From: Chlorokybus atmophyticus | Taxonomy: Eukaryota > Plantae > Mesostigma and Chlorokybus algae | Assembly: GCA_009103225.1 (NCBI GenBank) | Contig: RHPI01002533.1 | Location: 895,368 to 959,367, forward strand | DNA: 64,000 bases | Direction of reading: 5' to 3' | Part shown: one piece after another, positions 1 through 11,034 of the stretch | How the letters are laid out: the number at the start of each line of letters is the position of its first letter | How positions within the stretch are numbered: the first letter of the stretch is position 1 | Translations under genes and position numbers: made by a program | Notes under the pieces: model-generated | Database searches by the model: none | What the model was told of the DNA's origin: nothing | The model's input: the letters and a program-made list of their open reading frames with translations, nothing else

Positions 1-121
1 CAAATGGGAGTTAGCATGCACTCACCCAAACACGCTTCATTGATGGCCGGATGATGGCACGCAGGGGCACCAGGTCGATGACGGGTCGAATGTCAGGCTT
101 GATGGGCCTGGGTTCGACTAG

Positions 122-3100
122 GAGGCGGAGGACCAGGAGGCGGAGGCGGCGGCGGCGGCGGCGGCGGCGTGGCACATCTTGCGAGAAGTTGTGGTCGTAA
201 GAGTTCAAGCAGCGAAGCCAGCTACTACCGGTCGCCACGTCATGGATCATGGCAGGCGTCAGCAATGGGGCTGTCCAACATGCATCACCAACATTGGACA
301 AACCAGCAGGCAAGCCATTAAAGACCATCTTCACACAGAGAGCTGCTTGGTGGCTCGCTTTCTGCAACAGGGAGTGGATCAGGAGCTGCAGTCCTTGGAG
401 CCCCTTGTCAGAACCATGCGGGACCAGTTGCGGCTGTGGGAACAAGCACAAAGGAATGCAGAGGTACGCTCAACAGTCACATGCATTTCCTTGCAAGAGC
501 AATTTGTTTTTTAGCGCAGTCCATGTGATATATGTAGCGTGGCTGCAGGCCTCCACTATTCACCCATACCCACCCTACAGTCAAGCCGACATTGCGGAAG
601 CAAGAGCAGATAGACAGAGCTGGGCGGCGGTATGTTGTTGCCAATCTCGCTGTGCATGTTGACTGCAATGTCGGCTCCAATGCATGCCTACCTTTGCATG
701 CTAGGATGTGCGTGAGCGTGCGAAGTCGCGCGCGCGTGCCGAACGAAGTAGGCTGGGTTTGAGCACAGGAGCGCGTGGCCATTCGTCCGGCATTCAACCA
801 ATAGTGCATCAACCAGCAATGACGCAGTCCATGCAATCATTCGTGCATCAACCAGCAATGCCGCAGGTGACTGTTCGAAGCAACCAACTGATGACGGTGT
901 GACGCAGTTGACTATTGCAATTGCAGTGTCGCAAGCATGCAGCTAACCCACATGTGATTGGTTGACAGCACCACAGTGCACTAAGTCCTGTTGGAGCTCC
1001 TATGCAAGCCTGGATTCAATCCCATCAACTGGTCCTTCAATCCCACTTGCTGATGGGCGCGGCGGCAATGCGGCATCAGTTTAACATGCATGTTGGCCTG
1101 TTGAATCCCGACATGTCCATTGGGGCAGTGGCGCATGATGTGCCCATGGCTCAAGAGCTCCGTGACGAGTCTGCCATCGAGGGTGGCGGGGAGAGTGCAG
1201 CCAATACCACCTTGTCAGCCCCCATGGCTTCCCCTGCTCCATGCAGCCCACGGGCCATTGAGGTAAGTCGCTGTCTTTTATGCTCGTGCCTTGGTAACAA
1301 TGCGTCAGGCACTGCATAAGCTTATATTCGTCCTTTGCAACATTGTGAGCCATCTTATCCTGGGTCCTGTATACAGCCCCCCTTGCTGCATGCACAAGTG
1401 GTCTCACCTGCAGCTCCTGCTCCCCTCCCAGCCAGAGCGCAACCACCTTCCGCGGCACCAGTCCTTCATGCACTGCCATCTCCTCCACGAGCAGCACCGG
1501 TGATTGCGGGGCAACAATCCTTCTTGCCGCCACCGGCGAGACCACAGCACAATGCAACAACCGATGTGGCTTCTGCACCTACCTTACCCCACCCGCTGCA
1601 AGTTGAAGCCGGCAGTCTGCCCCAAACTCAGGTACTTTATCAGTCACTGTGACTCTTGCCGTCCACAGTTGGACACACCATGTGAGTGCTGTATGCGCAT
1701 GCAGCAGGGGTCACCACCTGCCAGCGAGTCATCAGAGGAGCTGGCCGCAACCCGCATACGGCCATCAGTCATGCTAGGTGGCCAGCTCGCCTCATGGGAC
1801 CACTTCAATGCGCCAACGGATGGTAACTGCTTCTACCATTGTGTATTTCGCGCCAGGCCATCCATAGCGCAAAGTGTCCTGGATGATCACAAGTGCCCCA
1901 GCTCGAGCAGATTTTGGGCCATGCTGGACACCATGGACGACGACGGCAGGGGGCACACTCTCCGCAAAATCACCGCCAAGGCTGTCGATGCAGGCGTGGC
2001 GAGCAGAATCCTAGACTTCTGCAGAGCCACTGGTGCCGCGGGAGAGATGGCGCAGTATTACGACAAACTGCCTGCGACCATGTTGGCTGATATCAACTGC
2101 AACATTGACCTAGCCATGGCCAAGGTGCGACAGATCGTGCGGAGAAAAGATGTGTACGTCGAGCACCTGCAGATGACCATGTTTGCCAACAAGCTGGGCT
2201 TGTTGATTGGCTGCGTGACCGTTCAGCGCGAGCATGGGGAGTGGGTGCCACGGCCCGGCAGCGCAGTTTGGGTTGGAAATAAAGAAGCCCCCAACTCAGT
2301 CCTGGTGGTGGGCAACACTGCTCCTGATGAGCCAGAAGCACACTTTTGGCTCCTCAAGCCTGCAAGCACCGAACAGTGGTCGTGGCCTATGCATGAAGTG
2401 CCACCGGAGGTAACACACCTGATCGGAGAGTGGCGGAATGGCGTTGCCAATTCCCCGCTACCACCGGCTGTGACCCAGAGTGCTGCGCCAACGCCTCAGG
2501 CCTCGCCTTCGTGTGCTAGGCAAGAAGTAGCCGAGTGTTCTGCACATCCTGCCTCCCCTCAACCACAGCCACATGCTCGCAATCCCAATTCAGCACCCTC
2601 CCTTCCTGCCGCGGAGACTCACTTGCCACCGCACTCTGACCATCCGGAGGCATCTCCATCAAGAAGCAGCTGTAGCTCGCCCTCTCCCTCTAAGCTTGCC
2701 ACATTGATCCCAGCCTGTCTTGTTGGTAAAGAGATTGATCGAGGTGTCCTGAAAGCTGCGCTGAAAGACAAAGGCTTCATGCTCGACCTCATGAAGCAAC
2801 ATGAGGTCGTGGAGGAACGGGAGGCAACCAACAAGCGCAAGGCTGTGGAGCAAGAAGATAACGCCTTACCTCCTCTGAGTGACAGTGCCACGGAGAGCGC
2901 CTGCCAGGATGTGCAGGGTGACCAAAAAAAAAAGAAGAAGGTTGTTGGAACAAAGGACGCTGACAGGACCAAAAAAGGAAAGGTGAGGCATCGTTACAAC
3001 ATTAGAAGAAGCGCAGCGCCTTGAAGCCTCACTGGGGCTGACTGTGTGTCCTGAGTAGGCACAGGCGGGTTTACAGCGTCAAGTGGCTGCTCAGCATCGT

Positions 3101-4093
3101 CCAGAGAGACAGCCGGTGCGGCACGAGCTGCCTAAGCTCAAAGCACCGACGCGCAGACGCTTTGGGGGGCTGACTCGTAGTGCAAAGGAGTTGATCACCC
3201 TACAGTACGCCCAAGACGCGCTGCATCACCGCATGCGGCATGCCTCGAGGTGGGTGACGAAAGTTTGCAATAAGTGGGAGCAAACGCGGAGAATGCGGTC
3301 TAAACAGACCTCTGGGGATTGGCCGTGGTTGGAACCCATACACGATATGGCCATCCGTAGTACGTTGTTGCCCCTCGCCGTCCTCGATATGATGGTGTTG
3401 TTGCTGCCGCAGCACCCCGGCAATGTGCAAGAGCTATCTGCGGAGCAGAACTTCGACCTGCTGCAGCAGATGTACCTGTCGATGTCGACTAATGCGGGTC
3501 GAGATGTGTGCCACTACCTGAGCAAACATACTGGGTGGCAAGTAAAACCATTCGAGCTGTACTTGGCATGCTTTGGCTGGCAGTGGCTGTATGTCATACG
3601 GCACGTCGAGCTGATTCTGTGGAAGCTCGAAGAAAATGACGATGCGGGGGAGTACACGAGTGACGACAGCCATGTCGAGGGCCTGGATGAACGCATGCTG
3701 GACGAGACCACCAAGACCAGCAGGTGGTGTATGGCGGCAGATGGGCGTCAGGTGATCGAGCAGGCAGTGGAGCGTTATGCTGCGCCATTCAGATGGGAGT
3801 CGCTACGCCTGCGACGCGATAACAGAGTTTGGTGGCAGAGGCAGCTTGCACACCCGCGTGCACCATGTGTGCTGATTTGTCGCATTGAAGAGCCACCCCC
3901 CCCAGCGGATGGGGAGACGCCCTGTTGCAAGAAAGCGATGTGCCATGTCTGCATCATAGCACATCAGAAGACTGTGGCAAATAAATCAAAGAATCTACAA
4001 GCGTGTCCATTCTGCAAGCAACCTCACCCGTTTTGGTCGCCACGCCTGATGCAAGACGCCAACGTGTCGGCGGTGATTTGGCCCCCGCCTTGA
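122..4093 (+). CDS. Spliced multidomain protein: C2HC Zn finger, Pro-rich linker, OTU-like cysteine protease (deubiquitinase), basic NLS-like patch, C-terminal RING-like finger; 5' end unresolved
   Basis: Exons ..463, 549-629, 705-866, 969-1262, 1377-1631, 1705-2982 and 3065-4093 join in frame through six phase-0 GT-AG introns. OTU catalytic motifs PTDGNCFYHC and EAHFWLL are present, plus KKKKK. The RING-like motif is CVLIC..TPCCKKAMCHVC..CPFC and the N-terminal finger is CPTC-x14-H-x5-C. Confidence 0.7.
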
Positions 4094-4383
4094 TGCCAAT
4101 TGTGCATGTATTGTAGTTTTGTGTTGGCTTCCTGTGAACCATGTAGGTACATGTATAGTTGCAGCATGGTGCATGGTGCACCAGAGATCTGCTGTTGTTA
4201 GAAGCATTGGCTGTACATGTGTATGATGACTGCCCGGCGCATGAGTCAGTGCATGGCTTGCATACCTCGCTGGTTTAGAGCGTGGTTGACAGCAACAAAC
4301 TCGGACAGCGCTCTGGGTTCCATGGCATGACAGCACAGTATTACTCTACGATCGTGGTAGTATGCGAGTATCCTTGTACTGTA

Positions 4384-4457
4384 GTACCATTAACAGATAG
4401 AGTACCATTCATGTTGATGTAGTACCATGCATGGTACTGCAATAGCGTATAAGGTAC
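4384..4457. promoter_or_regulatory. Cluster of GTACCAT/ATGGTAC motifs upstream of the methyltransferase gene
   Basis: GTACCAT at 4384, 4402 and 4422; ATGGTAC at 4431 (16-bp palindrome 4422-4437); GGTAC at 4453. The cluster lies 120-190 bp before ATG 4577. Its function is inferred. Confidence 0.45.
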
Positions 4458-4576
4458 AGTCGTGCTTCACTTGAAGTTTGACCCATTTAGGGTTCGTAAG
4501 CTGGCAACCCTAAATTGATGCCCATACCCTAAAGTCTCGCTCAGTTTGTGGGCAGCCGTGCCGATTCCTATTTTGC

Positions 4577-6305
4577 ATGATGTCGGCGGCAGCAGTTGAA
4601 TCACCCTCACCTAGGAGACCATGCTTGGTGTGCCCACAATGCAATGCGTACGTATGTGCCAATGGCCGTAGGCAGCAAATGCGAGCACACTTGACCGAAT
4701 GCCAGCGAGTGCAGACAGTGTGCCACGGTTTTAGTGCTGCTTGCTGGCATCACACCACACACAATGTCGACGTGTTTGGCTGCCGCCTCGGCCAAGTGCT
4801 GTGCAAGGAACCCGAGTTTTTCCATTGCGTGCAGTGCGTGTGCGAATCGTGCTCGCGCTCATGCTTCGAGTGGCGAGGGGAACCCATGCGCTTCTTCACA
4901 TGGACAACACCGGGACATGTGGTTAGTGGACAGGTGGTGGATGCTGTGGAGGTAATCCACAAGAGTGGACCGCGACGTATCACTGCATGTTATGTTGGGC
5001 GTATGCTTATTTCATGCATGTTGAAGCTGTTGTCGCATTCAGAGCAGTCTTGCACGGTGTGGGCGTGGGCAGTTCCATCCCCTGGCCGCTGTAGAGGAGG
5101 CAGACCATCGACCGTTGGACAGCGCACTGCATCGGCTGCGGAACGCAGTTAAGTTGGGATGCGAGCAGCTGATCGGTGTGAGTGTCATGGTGCATTGGCC
5201 GCTGGATGGGGAATGGTATGCGGGCGTTGTGGAATCATTCAAGCAAGCGTCAGGTCAGCATCGCTTCGTGGCGTGCGAGATTGAGGACGCATCATATATG
5301 CATGGTGCAATGGAAAATGTCTTTGCAGGGCAGCACCGTATAGTATTCGATGACGGTGATCGACCACAAACCATCAACTTCAAAGGGCACAACGTATTCG
5401 CGTACACATCAGTTGACGGGGCACGCCATGTTCTGCGCGCCGGAGGGGAGAACGTCAGTCGCAAAGTAAGCCCGGACGGCATCATTGTTAGTCCCTGGCC
5501 AGCACCACGGCCAGCCTTGACCACATACACGCCATTTGACAACAAGCTGGGACGCACACGCAGACCAAGGGCACTCGACCTATTCTGCGGCGGTGGCGGT
5601 GCCAGTGTCGGTCTATACCACGCAGGCTTTGACGTGACCGGGATGGACATAAGTCCCTCCTCTGAGTACCCGCTGCCCTTCATACACCGCGATGTATGCA
5701 CCCTGAGTGCAGGAGAGCTGAGCGAGTACGAGCTCATCTGGGCCAGTCCACCATGCCAGGCCTATTCAGGTGCTATCCCGGCACCTCAACGGGCGGCACA
5801 TGGCACATCCTGGAGACACCAGGATATGATACCGCTCGTCCAACGTCTGCTGCTTGCAAGCCAGGTCAAGTTTGTGATTGAGAATGTGCCAGGAGCAGCT
5901 TCCTCATTCAGACCCAATCTGTCCTTTTGTGGCACGATGTTTGGCCTATCAACTTCCCGACACCGTCTATTTGAGACACAGCCAGTGGTAGCTACCCCAC
6001 CAGCACGCTGCTCGCACGCGGGCAAGGCAGTTGGACTGCTATCGCCGCACCTGTCCGCTAGCGCGAAGAAGACAATCGTGACATCAAACGCGCCACAGCA
6101 GATGTACCCGGTCTATGGCCTTCCAAGCACCAGGGGCGGCATTGCTGCGTGGCAAACAGCGCTGGGAGTGCCATGGATGACCTCGGCCGTTTCCATAGCG
6201 AATGCAGTTCCTCCCGCAATGGCGGAGTGCATAGGGCGTCTCATGCTTGAAACAATGGATATGCGCTGTGACTACGCTCCTGTGTCATGGAACTATGAGG
6301 CTTGA
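4577..6305 (+). CDS. C5 cytosine DNA methyltransferase (PF00145-type) fused to an N-terminal Zn finger, a Cys cluster and a Tudor-like domain
   Basis: Exons 4577-4951, 5043 (or 5073)-5253 and 5329-6305 give about 510-520 aa in frame. Motifs: I LDLFCGGGG, IV WASPPCQ, VI FVIENV, VIII SRHRLFE, X IANAVPP. After removing the 75-nt intron a Tudor-like segment reads VSVMVHWPLDGEWYAGVVESFKQASGQHRIVFDDGD. Confidence 0.85.
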
Positions 6306-6508
6306 GTGTGGTGCACTGTATTGATGCTTAATGCCACACGGCGGACTGATTGTTGAATGTTGCATGGATCATTCGATTGTGGTGACAGTTGTGCAGTGAC
6401 AGCTGCCCGGTATTGTACACGTCCACATGCAAAAGTCTTAGCATACGATTAGCAATGCCTAACTAACTGATATGCTCCAAACTGAGAGTAGTGAGACAAG
6501 TACATGTG

Positions 6509-9500
6509 TCACGTGGAAGTGCAGTGAACGTTCACCCAATACTTGCCCTCTTGTACACGGGCGCTGTCCTTGTCAAACATGGGGAGCAGCTGGACAATGC
6601 CTTTTACTTGCTCCAGAGTCACGACATCGAGATGTGGACCGCCTCGACGCTTTTCCCATTCCAGAGCGATGCACTTTGTGTCGCTCGTCACATCCAGCTT
6701 CGTGTACCAGCGGACAAACACGACCTCCTTCCACACGCGCTCGCCGCTACCACCCCACACCACCACGCGCAGAAAAAGGAGTGCCTGAGCCCACCACGTC
6801 ACGTTCACACCGTCCTCATCACCTTCCAACTCAAGTGTAGAGAACCAAGGCCGCCCATGGAACATCCCAGTTGCGCGCGCCATGCTGACTCCTGATGTCA
6901 TGTACACCGCTGCGCCTCCGTTCACCACGCGAACAGCACGCCACCCGTCGGCCAACTCCAGTTGTTCCCTCCTCAACCAGCTGTCAAGGGTGGCAGGCAG
7001 CTTGTCGGCAAATGGAGTCTTCAAGGCGACTTGGCGGCTACGCGCAGATCCGCTCCAGTACGGGCTGGACTCCCTCCTTGTCAGTACATCCATCCGTAGC
7101 AACTTGTCCGTCTTCTCCATGACATTACAGCACTGCTGCCGCGCCTGCGCCATGACCGAGCACATCTCGGGATCCACGACCATGCCATCCTCTCTCACAT
7201 ATTCCGCACAGCTCCATGCCTTCAGGATACGTGCCTGGTAGTCCCGGTTGTTGCCACCACGCGCCCACCGTTTGATATTTTGGGCGTGCGTCTGCTCCAT
7301 GCGGTTGGCGCTGAACCAATCTGGGTGTCCACTGCTGACAATTGCCGGCCCAAAATGAGTGAGCTGATGCATCTTCTCGATCTTCCAACCTGACTTCTGT
7401 GCAGAATATGACGACAGTAGCGGATGCAACACTGCAGCTTTGAAGGCAGCCAGCTCGTTGTCGGCTGTGGTCAGGGTCTCTCTTGCGTGTTCATGCGCCT
7501 TCAGCAACTTCTTGTTCCACTGGGCAAGTGATGCGGCAGCAATGGTGAAGAAATCGTTGCCCTCACTGTCGAGCAACAAACCGTCCGCGAGGACCGGCAG
7601 CAGCTGCAGCACCGCCACTTTCTCCACCACCTGAAAGGAGTGGTCGGACAGGAAGAACTCTACTGTGCTTGTGGGTGCCTTGAAGTGCGAAACCCGCAGA
7701 GTCGCCTTGCATGCATTCAGCCTGTGCACATCTGCTCGTGAGCACGTGTTGTTGGCTTTTGTGTTCAACACAAAAGCAACACCAAAGACGTGCCTGGCCT
7801 GCAGAATCTGTCTCGTGGATGGACGCATTCGTTCCTTCGCGGCGTCGTACACAGCAGCAAGCAGGTGGTCAATGATGCCTCCCAGCACATGCATTGCGTC
7901 AGGGGCAAGACGAGAGTAGCAGTCAGCTCCCGGCACCCGCGACTGTCGCCAACCCCACAGTGCATTCTGTTGCCAAACCACATTGCCTGGTTTCACGGAA
8001 AGCCATTCATCCTCACGAATGCCGGTAATTTGACCATTACCTCCTCGACATGCATGGAGTGCTGCTCTTTGAAAGCCTTGGCTGTCTGGCGTGCATTCCT
8101 AACACCGCTATGCAGGTCCGCCCGCAGCTGACGTATTGCTGGTGTGTAGAAGGCCTCGGTTCTCAATTCCCGGTCCTCATCCATCTCCAACAGATCTGAT
8201 TTGGTGACGAGACAAACATCGCAAGGATGTCGTGTTTGGTTGCCCGACACAGTGCGTGCGAGTGTGGCAGTCTCCTACAACACGACAAACTCAGATGTTC
8301 TACTGACAACATCCTCCATGCACTGTTTGCTGGCGGGCTGCATCCGGTTACAACCATTCATGCCCACTACCTGCAAATCGCTGATGTAGTTGGCAAGCGC
8401 GGGAAACACACGACGCTCGATGCCATTCGGGTCGATGAGCTGCAGACCTTCCCAACTCGCCCGCTTCACATCCCCTAACACTACATTCAAAGCGTCATGA
8501 AAAATCTCACGTTTCCGAATGGAGAACGATTCCTTGCCCTGCGCCCAGGTGGGATGCCCGGCCACTGCGTGAACCACCGGCAGAAGCGCTATCATAACAA
8601 CCCCCATGTTGCTAGCATACATGTCCCAACTGTAGTTGGCAAGCGATGCCATCAGAGGGTAGCCAGAGCGCTTGCCCGCGCTGTCCAGCGTGGTCTTGTC
8701 ACTGTACAGAATGGCAGGCGCCAAGTAGGACGCTTCCCCCACCTCTCTCCTCAAATCCACCTCCACATCCTTCCACCAATCGCCCGTGGAAGGATGGCCA
8801 AAGCTGTGCTCGTCACCAGTGTACTGGAGATTGAAGCCATTGGCGGCATGTGGATTGCCATACAACCGCGCGAGCCATACCTGCTCCGACCAAGAGCATT
8901 ACTTACTATGCTGGCCTCAGAATAGATACTGCATCGATACTGCATTAGGTACTGCATTTCACAGACCTTGGCCGGCATATATGTGACGCAGATGTCCTGA
9001 TCCTCAGGGTCTCCAGGCTTGCGCAGGTCAGCCGTCACGTAGTTCTGATACGGCAGCACACTCGCATGTGCATATGTGACATGGCTCTGATGGTTGAAGC
9101 ACATGCACCGCACACCGTGAACACACCTCAGACTGAGAGAAAGCAATCGTGGTCCGGAGGTAGCTGGCCGCATGCACACCGGTCTCCCACTGGAGCTCTT
9201 CCGTCAGGAAGTGTGCATTTCGGATGCACTTGATGATCCGCCCCATGTCGGAGGCCGACAGGCCTTGGCCGTTGTTGCACTGCACGAATGCCACTGCAAG
9301 AGCATGCTCCGAGCCATACCACCTGGATTCCGACGCGTGCGAAGGGACGCCTCCACTTCCATGTTGGCGTGCCACAGGTTTCTCAGGCACACGCACACAT
9401 CGAAAGCCCTCGTTCACTTCCTCCTCCTCCTGTTGCTGCTGTGCGTGTGTCTCCTGGAGGAATCCTTCAGCATCAAGCATGTGAGCATCCTGGATCGAAC

Positions 9501-9651
9501 TCCCCGGTTCAACATGACCCGCATCGTACTGTAATGGACGCTGGCCGACATACAGCTTGATCTGCTTGCACACCCTGCTGCTAATAATGTGCATGTAGAC
9601 CGAGCTGCGTGTGGCGAAGCGCATGTGGCAATACGGACAAAGGACTCCCAT
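6509..9651 (-). CDS. Plavaka transposase (PF18759-like) with N-terminal Zn finger; about 934 aa, intact after splicing
   Basis: Exons 9651-9127, 9044-8967, 8880-8371, 8274-8041 and 7966-6509, with four phase-0 introns. Family motifs: LYGNP, GDWW, ILYSDKT, GYPLMASLAN, FHDAL, ISDLQE..PCDVC, PDAMH, KMHQLTHF..G....F....MEQTH, RATGMFHGRPWFS. N-terminal finger CPYC..H..C. Confidence 0.88.
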
Positions 9652-9718
9652 ATCTCACTACTAACGTCGACACAGGTGTCGCCAATGTAACCTGCATCAT
9701 ATCCAGCAACACGCACAC

Positions 9719-9719
<1 letters not shown>

Positions 9720-9750
<31 letters not shown>

Positions 9751-9781
9751 GCCACCGCTACCGCTACCGCTACCGCTACCC
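9720..9781. repeat. Compound microsatellite (GCC)n-(ACCGCT)n upstream of the transposase ATG
   Basis: Directly visible. Confidence 0.9.
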
Positions 9782-9827
9782 TTGCATGCCAGAGGCGGGA
9801 AACTTGGCCGCCAGTCACTGGCTCCGT

Positions 9828-10017
9828 CGTACCATTATAATGGTACGATCGAGCCATTGCACGTCCAGGGTGAGTCTCTGGATATTTTTATATACATATA
9901 TATTCTGATTGAACCGTTTCAATGGTACGAAGATGCCTTTGCCAAAAGGTATAGGCATTGTACAAAGGTACCATTGAAATGGTACCTTTGTACAATGGCA
10001 ATGGCAGTTCGTACCAT
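9828..10017. promoter_or_regulatory. Cluster of six GTACCAT/ATGGTAC motifs, including two palindromes, between the divergent transposase and ORF4 genes
   Basis: A 20-bp palindrome CGTACCATTATAATGGTACG at 9828-9847. A hairpin with 20-bp arms and a 2-nt loop at 9956-9997. Single sites at 9922 and 10011. Confidence 0.5.
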
Positions 10018-10178
10018 TGACAACTCTGGCAATGTCAGTCCCCCTGCGCATGAAAACACCATTGATAGCTCCGCCAAGCTATGCCCTTACAGGGGCGTGA
10101 TGCCGAGGGTATGTGGCGTTTGGAAGATCGTTGGCGGCGCTGCCAGGGGCGTAGTGGGCATTGTGGTCGAGGTCCGGG

Positions 10179-11034
10179 ATGAATTCCATGTTCGCACAGG
10201 GCGGGCAGGGTGCCGGAGGGGTGTCCTCGGTGTCAAACCCCACCAAGACTACCAAGGGCACATCCAATGACAACAGTGACTCGGGCGATATCTTACAGGG
10301 CTCCCCCTCCGAGTGGGCAAAGGCACACCACAATACTGCCTCTAAGAAAATCCGACCCACCAGCAGCTGCGACCACGGCGACATGATTGAAGGGACCAAA
10401 CAAGACTGGCATAACCAAGGTGGGTTACGATGCACTGTCAATGCCACATGCTAGGGTTCTTTTATCTTGCACATGCACAGCCTCAAGTATCTTGCACTTG
10501 ACATACATTGTCAATACGACATGCACACCCTCATGCACAACCTCCAGTGTCATGCACATGAACAGCATGACCAATCTCGCAAATGCACAGCCTATTTCTA
10601 CTTGCGGGAGCTCACAAGTCGCAAAAGAGAAGCTGCGGAGTCAAACGAACGGGTAATCTATGACCTAGTTTAATGTTTCCAGCGGTAATTAAGCAGTATG
10701 CTTGCAGATTGCCATGTTGGTCAGAGTGAACCAAGAGCAGCGCGGCAGGCTGACTGTCTGCCTGGCGGAGTGCAACAAAGCGGAAGACGAGGTAAGCGTG
10801 TGTATGCTGATGGGCTAGTCCTCTGGCAGCACGCCACTCTTACAGCATTACCAAATGCAGGTGGTCACTCTCAAAGCGACCATCAAGCGCATGCGCGTGC
10901 ACGGCGAGGCGCTGACATTCAAGCTGAAGGACGAAGTAGCCGCTGTACTGTCAGCGAGCGAGGCAGCGGATGAAGATGACTCCGGCGTTGAAGCAGAAGA
11001 CTCGTCGGAGGAGGAACAGGAGGAGGGGGTTTGA
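10179..11034 (+). CDS. Orphan spliced gene (ORF4), about 186 aa, helical middle and acidic C-terminal tail
   Basis: Exons 10179-10419, 10591-10652, 10708-10791 and 10861-11034 join in frame with canonical splice sites. The protein ends ...ASEAADEDDSGVEAEDSSEEEQEEGV*. No family recognised. Confidence 0.55.
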
